From Botryllus schlosseri (lineage: Eukaryota): a stretch of DNA of 64,000 nucleotides. The translations under genes and the position numbers were made by a program. The notes beneath the pieces were generated by a model. The model was given only the letters and a program-made list of their open reading frames with translations. It was not told the origin of the DNA and searched no databases. How positions within the stretch are numbered: the stretch's first letter is position 1; the number at the start of each line of letters is the position of its first letter. This document shows positions 58,465-64,000 of this stretch, piece after piece. The DNA lies in assembly GCA_051294905.1 (NCBI GenBank), contig CM119372.1, forward strand, positions 10,604,001 to 10,668,000, read 5' to 3'.

Positions 58465-60062
58465 GCTATCTAGTCCAAGCTATCTAAAAAAAGCCAGAGT
58501 AGTCCCTGTACACAAAGCTGGGGATAGAACTAATGTCACCAACTACCGTCCGATATCCGATCTCCCAAGCATCGGGGTTGTATTCGAAAAGTTGCTCCTC
58601 TCCCGCCTGTCCTCCTTCCTCGCCAAAATGTCTGTCATTTCCCCTCAACAATTTGGCTTCCGAAACAAACACCAAACCGCTCATGCCCTCTTAACAGTGG
58701 CCGAACAGTATTATGATATCTCAGAGAAGCGAAATGTGGGATGTAGCATTTTTCTCGACCTAAAAAAAGCGTTTGACTGCGTAGATCACAAAATTCTCAT
58801 CTCGAAATTGGTGCGCTACGGACTTCGGGGCCCACAACTTGAGCTCATGAAAAATTTCCTCACTGGACGCCAACAAATGGTTGCGATCTCAGACACCTTG
58901 TCCTCTCCTCACCTGGTGACCTGTGGTGTGCCCCAGGGCTCAGTACTTGGGCCGGTCCTTTTCACCTTATATGTCAACGACATATTTGAAACCTCCTCAT
59001 TGAACACCACACTGTTCGCTGATGATACTCACCTCCTCTCTTCCGCATCTTCGACGGCAGAGCTGGATGCCCTGACTGGTGACCAAATGCCCAAAGTCCA
59101 TGAGTGGACGGCCCAGAACAACCTTTGCATAAACGCCGCGAAATCGCAATTGCTGACAGTAAATTTAAAAAATAACCTAACCGTTAATATCGCTGGTCAG
59201 CCCGTTTCCAACACAGATAATGCCAAATATCTCGGAGTTTTACTGGACTCGAACATGTCCTGGAAGAGTCATATTCAGTCCCTAGAAACTAAGTTATCAC
59301 CGAAGTGCGACCTGTTCTACAGCCTTGGGCGCTTCATGCCAGCATGGGTTCTTCTGATACTCTTTAAATCCTTAATCCAATCGAAGTTACATTATGGCAT
59401 CCTCTGTTGGGGGCTGCCAGTAAAACTGCACTCAAGCCACTGCAGAAACTACAGCATAAAGTACTCCGAATCATAGCTAAGGCCCCAAAGGGGCCTGGCT
59501 GCCCATCCAATAAGTCGCTGCTGAAGAGATTCGGCGTCCTAAACATAGAAGATATGCGGAAACTAGAAATCGCCAAGTTTATGTATCAGTTTCACTGCGG
59601 TCGTTGCCCCGAATATTTCAATGACTTCTTTACCTCTGAATCAAAAGCGCACAAGTACAACACACGCGCGTCCACGTCGTCCAAATATCATATGATCGAC
59701 CGGAAAGATCATCGCTCTATTAAATATGCCGGACCTGATGTGTGGAACAGCATCCCGCCGGCCATCCGACAGTCGACGAGCATGTCCACATTCAAGTCGA
59801 AATACAAGCAATTACTACTAAATAAATACAGTCCATCGATCCTCAAGATTACCGGACCACGACTGACCTATCGATCTCGCTTCCCATGACATGCCGCCCT
59901 ATTTCTTGTCGCTTTCTTTTTCTACACTATATTCTTTACTTTCATTCAGTGTGCATGCCTCCTCTTTACATCGCCTAGGCCAAGGTCGGTGTCTGATTCC
60001 ATAGACTACTCCAAGTCGCTTCGACATCTTCCTGTCTTTTCATTGTATCGCATTTTTGTGGT
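58465..60062 (+). mobile_element. 5'-truncated CR1/L2-group LINE with reverse transcriptase (one frameshift)
   Basis: ORFs 58448-59476 and 59407-59889 carry NYRPIS, QFGFR, FLDLKKAFD, GVPQGSVLGP, FADD, KYLGV and a C-terminal YNTR..GPDVWNSIP..FKSK. Endonuclease is absent. Confidence 0.93.
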
Positions 60063-60793
60063 TTGGATGAAAAGACTCTCTCTCTCTCTCTCCTCTGCAT
60101 TTCAATAATAGTAATCTGCAAAAATTTCGAAATTAGAGACGGAATCAAAAACCGCATTGCATCAGGATTCCATTTTTTCGAATAGAAACGTATCCGAATC
60201 CCAAAAAGCACTGATCGGTGCATTTCTAGAATCCGTGAATTGCCTTATAATAGATTCAAAAAAAGACCTACTTGATCACCTCCTGTCGTTATACTACTAA
60301 CACAGTTGCCCTACCTCGCCCAGACATTGCTTCATTCATCATTTGCTACCATCGTTTAATTTTTATTCTATTTTCCTTTTTCAACTAAACATTTTTTACA
60401 GCCAGATTGTTCAGAGTCAAGTGTACCTGTTTGATGCTGGTGTGATCAGACTAGCTGACCTTCACGGTCTTATCGATCATTCCTATCTAATACCGAATAC
60501 TGTGCATGCATATTTTCTGTACCACCATCACTGCCGATTGTTATGTATTTTGGTTAGATGAAAATAAAGACTCTCTCTCTCTCTCTCTCTCCGGATCTTC
60601 GTCACCTCTGCTTTTCGTAATTACCAGGCACCTGGCATTTTCACCGGTCTGTCGCTATTATTATGTCACCGTAACGTGTGAGGATGTGGAGTGTTGTTGT
60701 TGCTTCAGCTTCCAGGCGGCGGGTTGATTAAAAAAATTGCTACACTATTTATTGGAAAGTGTTTCGCTGTTATTATAGAGTTCAATTTGCAAC

Positions 60794-63700
60794 ATGTCGA
60801 TATTACAGAGGATCGCGGACATAGAGTCAGAGGTAATGTTTTCTCTCGATTCTGATCGGTTTATGCACTCAATTTCATAATTTGCTGTTTATCACGGTAT
60901 ACGTCGGTATATTTGTAATGTACGAATTCCACAAGCTACAGATAAATTGAGTCAAAATATTCATTTTTAATCATCATGCTTGTTACACTGCGGGGCATTG
61001 TATAAGACACATATAATATCTTCTTCTGACTTATAGCTCTTTCGAAAAATTTGGATTTGAATAAAATAGTATTTATGGTGGGCACCACTATAATAAATAA
61101 TTAAAGAGGGTCACCGTAAATACTATTTTATTCATAATCCAAATTTTTCGACGGCAATAACTCCGCTTACACTGGTTGAAATTGAACCAAATTTGGTGAA
61201 TGTCGTTTCTATACATAACCCAAGCCCAACACTTTCATGGGGTGAACAGAAAATTTTCCAATTTATTCATATATAATAAATAGAAACTTTCTTCTCCTGT
61301 AGCAATGCGGCTACTGGTTAGATTGAACCAAATTTGGTGTGTAGGCTTCAATTAGGTAACCTAACAATTTTATCGAGTAGGAAGTCCAAGTAGCCAGTAC
61401 GATTTGAGAAAAAAAGTCATTTTTGAAGACCCCTACTTGCCAGTTGCTAACCATAAGCATCTGATCTCTTCTCACAGACTTAGCACAGTCATTTGAAATC
61501 AGTAACCTCACTTGTCACGCCGCAAAGTCGGCTCTGTCACGCGAGAAAAGCCTCCATCACACAGGATTTATTTCAAAAAATAAACGGAGATATTGATTCC
61601 TTTCCCTTTCTATTGTTCCGACTAATGTGATTCCAGGTCTTCAACTGATTCATAGTGCATTCACTCACCTTATGCCGTAACTCTAATACCTTGCACTTAA
61701 TGGGCACTAATACCACAAATTACTTGTTCTGACATCCTTGCCTAGTAGGAATGTAATTCCTTAGACCAGCCGACATTGCAGCCTAATATCTGCCAGAACG
61801 ACATTTGCAAATATCCATGATTCTAGATGGCCAGGACGCAAAAAAACAAAGCCACCTCCGGCCATCTTGGACTGCTCAAAGCTAAGCTAGCCAAGTTGAG
61901 GCGAGAACTTATAACACCCAAAGGTGGCTCCGGCGGGGGAACAGGAGAAGGTAACATTGCTGCGTCTGCAATTATATACGTGCAAATATAATGAGTGATC
62001 CTACATTACCCAGGTTTTGACGTCGCAAAAACTGGCGATGCCAGAATCGGATTTGTTGGATTTCCTTCTGTTGGAAAATCAACCCTGTTGAGTAATCTTG
62101 CAGGGGTGTACAGTGAAGTGGGTGCGTATGAATTCACCACTCTAACAACGGTGCCGGGAGTGGTCAGGTATAAAGGTAAGGTGATATTAGATTTCATAAT
62201 GTGATTCTAAGAAGCTGCGAAAATCAAATAATGTTTTGCCGACCTAAGAAGCTCTACGGTGAGTACGGAAATTCGAGTCGTGGTTTTGAATCTGTGACTT
62301 ACTTGCCATCTGCAGCATCCCTGTATTTTGCATGTGAATTTGATCGCCTAGCGTAGGGATTATAAGTAACTGAATCATTTCCAGGTGCGAAGATACAATT
62401 ACTGGACTTGCCGGGTATCATTGAAGGCGCTAAAGATGGAAAAGGTCGAGGAAAGCAAGTTATTGCAGGTAATTTTTCAGTTTACCGCGGCAACATACGG
62501 TACGGTGATATTTCTTGGATCCATCTAGAAAAGGAAGTGCTTCACTGATTTGATTTTGGATCATTTATCCATAGACTATATACCTCCAAATTTCACTCAG
62601 ACTACTGACTGTGATTCTGATTGAACAGACCCTTTCAACAGCAAAATGTAGCAAATTATGTTACAGTCCAAAACTTCATGATTCCATCGAGATATGTTCC
62701 GCGCTAATAGGAGCATGTTGATTGCAGAAAAGTTATTGTTGTCGAATTGTTGTTGTTATTGTTGTCAATTTTCAATTTGCCATACCTGGCTGATCCCGCC
62801 TCATAATATATGCATAATCCCATGGCAGAGTCAAATTTGACTGCATGTATGGAACTCCTGACCTTGGCAACGCATGGAACTCAATTTGAGAGTTCCTGTT
62901 TGGTTATTATCGTACGTTTCTTGTTGTATTTCCCAGTCGCTCGGACTTGCGGCTTGATCTTCATCGTTTTGGACGTTTTGAAACCGCTTGGAGATAAGAG
63001 ATTGATTGAACACGAGTTGGAAGGTTTCGGTATCCGGCTCAATAAGAATCCTCCAAATATCCATTTCCGGAAGAAGGACAAAGGAGGAATCAACTTGCAA
63101 TGTTTGGTAATGTGACCCGTTTCATGCTATCTTCCGGCGATGCGATGTGTCCGAACTTAACCCGTTTGCTATGATGGAATTATTGTCTATGTTTTCACTT
63201 TTAGCAAATGTAATGCATATATTTGCTTCGTACCTACCTATGAATACTCATCAGATGCTTATCTTTTCTGCCGTCATATCAATTTTTAATCGATCTCTGT
63301 TCCCGCCAACCCCAATGTCATTTTTTGCACAAAGTAGACTGATAATATTGCATGCCTAAATCAGCCGCTTTTGTATTGATCTTTCTAGGTTCCTCAGAGT
63401 GAGCTGGACTCTGCACTCGTAAAAAGCATATTGTCGGAATACAAGATTCACAACGCCGACATTATTCTAAGGGAAGACGCCACTTCCGATGACCTTATCG
63501 ACGTCGTGGAGGGGAATCGTGTTTATATCCCGTGTATATACATATTGAACAAAATAGACCAGGTTTGATTTGTTTATGCTGAGCTGGCGCTTTCAGTTTC
63601 AAGTACCCAAAGAATGTCCAGTATGAGCAATGAGCATTCAGAAATTTTGATTCCAACCAGATTCATCCCTTGTGCCCAGTCGCGTCCTATTACTAAACAT

Positions 63701-63861
63701 TTTGTCCATTGTTTACTGTGATGAGTTCGTTCTCAGATCTCCGTCGAGGAACTGGATATTATTTACAAAATACCGCACTGCATACCGATATCCGCTCATC
63801 ACAAGTGGAATTTTGACGACCTCCTCGAAATGATGTGGACTTATCTTCATTTGGTGAGAAT
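60794..63861 (+). CDS. DRG1: Developmentally regulated GTP-binding protein 1, first seven exons (continues past window)
   Basis: Exons 60794-60832, 61827-61950, 62014-62175, 62385-62468, 62937-63106, 63389-63562, 63737-63861. Translation [67 protein letters not shown] is DRG1-type. Confidence 0.96.
61042..61151. repeat. Inverted repeat (~40-bp arms) in DRG1 intron 1, followed by two AACCAAATTTGGTG repeats
   Basis: TCGAAAAATTTGGATT..ATAAAATAGTATTTA(T/C)GGTG and its reverse complement; likely a TE remnant. Confidence 0.65.
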
Positions 63862-64000
63862 GTAAGGAATCTGTTCCAACTGGTTTGAAATGCTTGATTA
63901 GCTGTTTCATTTTTATGCAATATAGTTGCGCAGGGGAAACATATGCTATTTAGGGATCAGTAGTAGAGCTAGTTTTTATTATAATCATATTATTTTCGAC

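Noticed and set aside
63107..63388. Intronic C/D snoRNA in DRG1
   Set aside because: Only an imperfect C box and a distant CTGA; no terminal stem or recognisable guide.

Overview
Intron-rich eukaryotic (invertebrate metazoan; species not determinable here) genomic DNA. Five spliced protein-coding genes can be rebuilt from GT-AG boundaries and remembered protein homology: the 3' part of a BCR/ABR RhoGAP (+), a C3orf38 homolog (-), CHAF1A (+), IQCH (-) and the 5' part of DRG1 (+). Introns and intergenic DNA are densely filled with transposons: many hAT-type MITEs with 8-bp TSDs (often nested), a tRNA-derived SINE family, CR1/L2-group LINE fragments, and pogo- and piggyBac-like elements. The strongest non-obvious signal is a dispersed repeat family carrying a minimal hammerhead-ribozyme motif. 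Its youngest copy (34534-34923) has Penelope-like architecture: a perfect 146-bp inverted repeat, a 37-nt tail and a TSD. Also notable are a 2.5-kb foldback hAT built from two transposase 3' ends and a foldback element loaded with telomere-like G-rich repeats. All homology calls are by eye; no searches were run.
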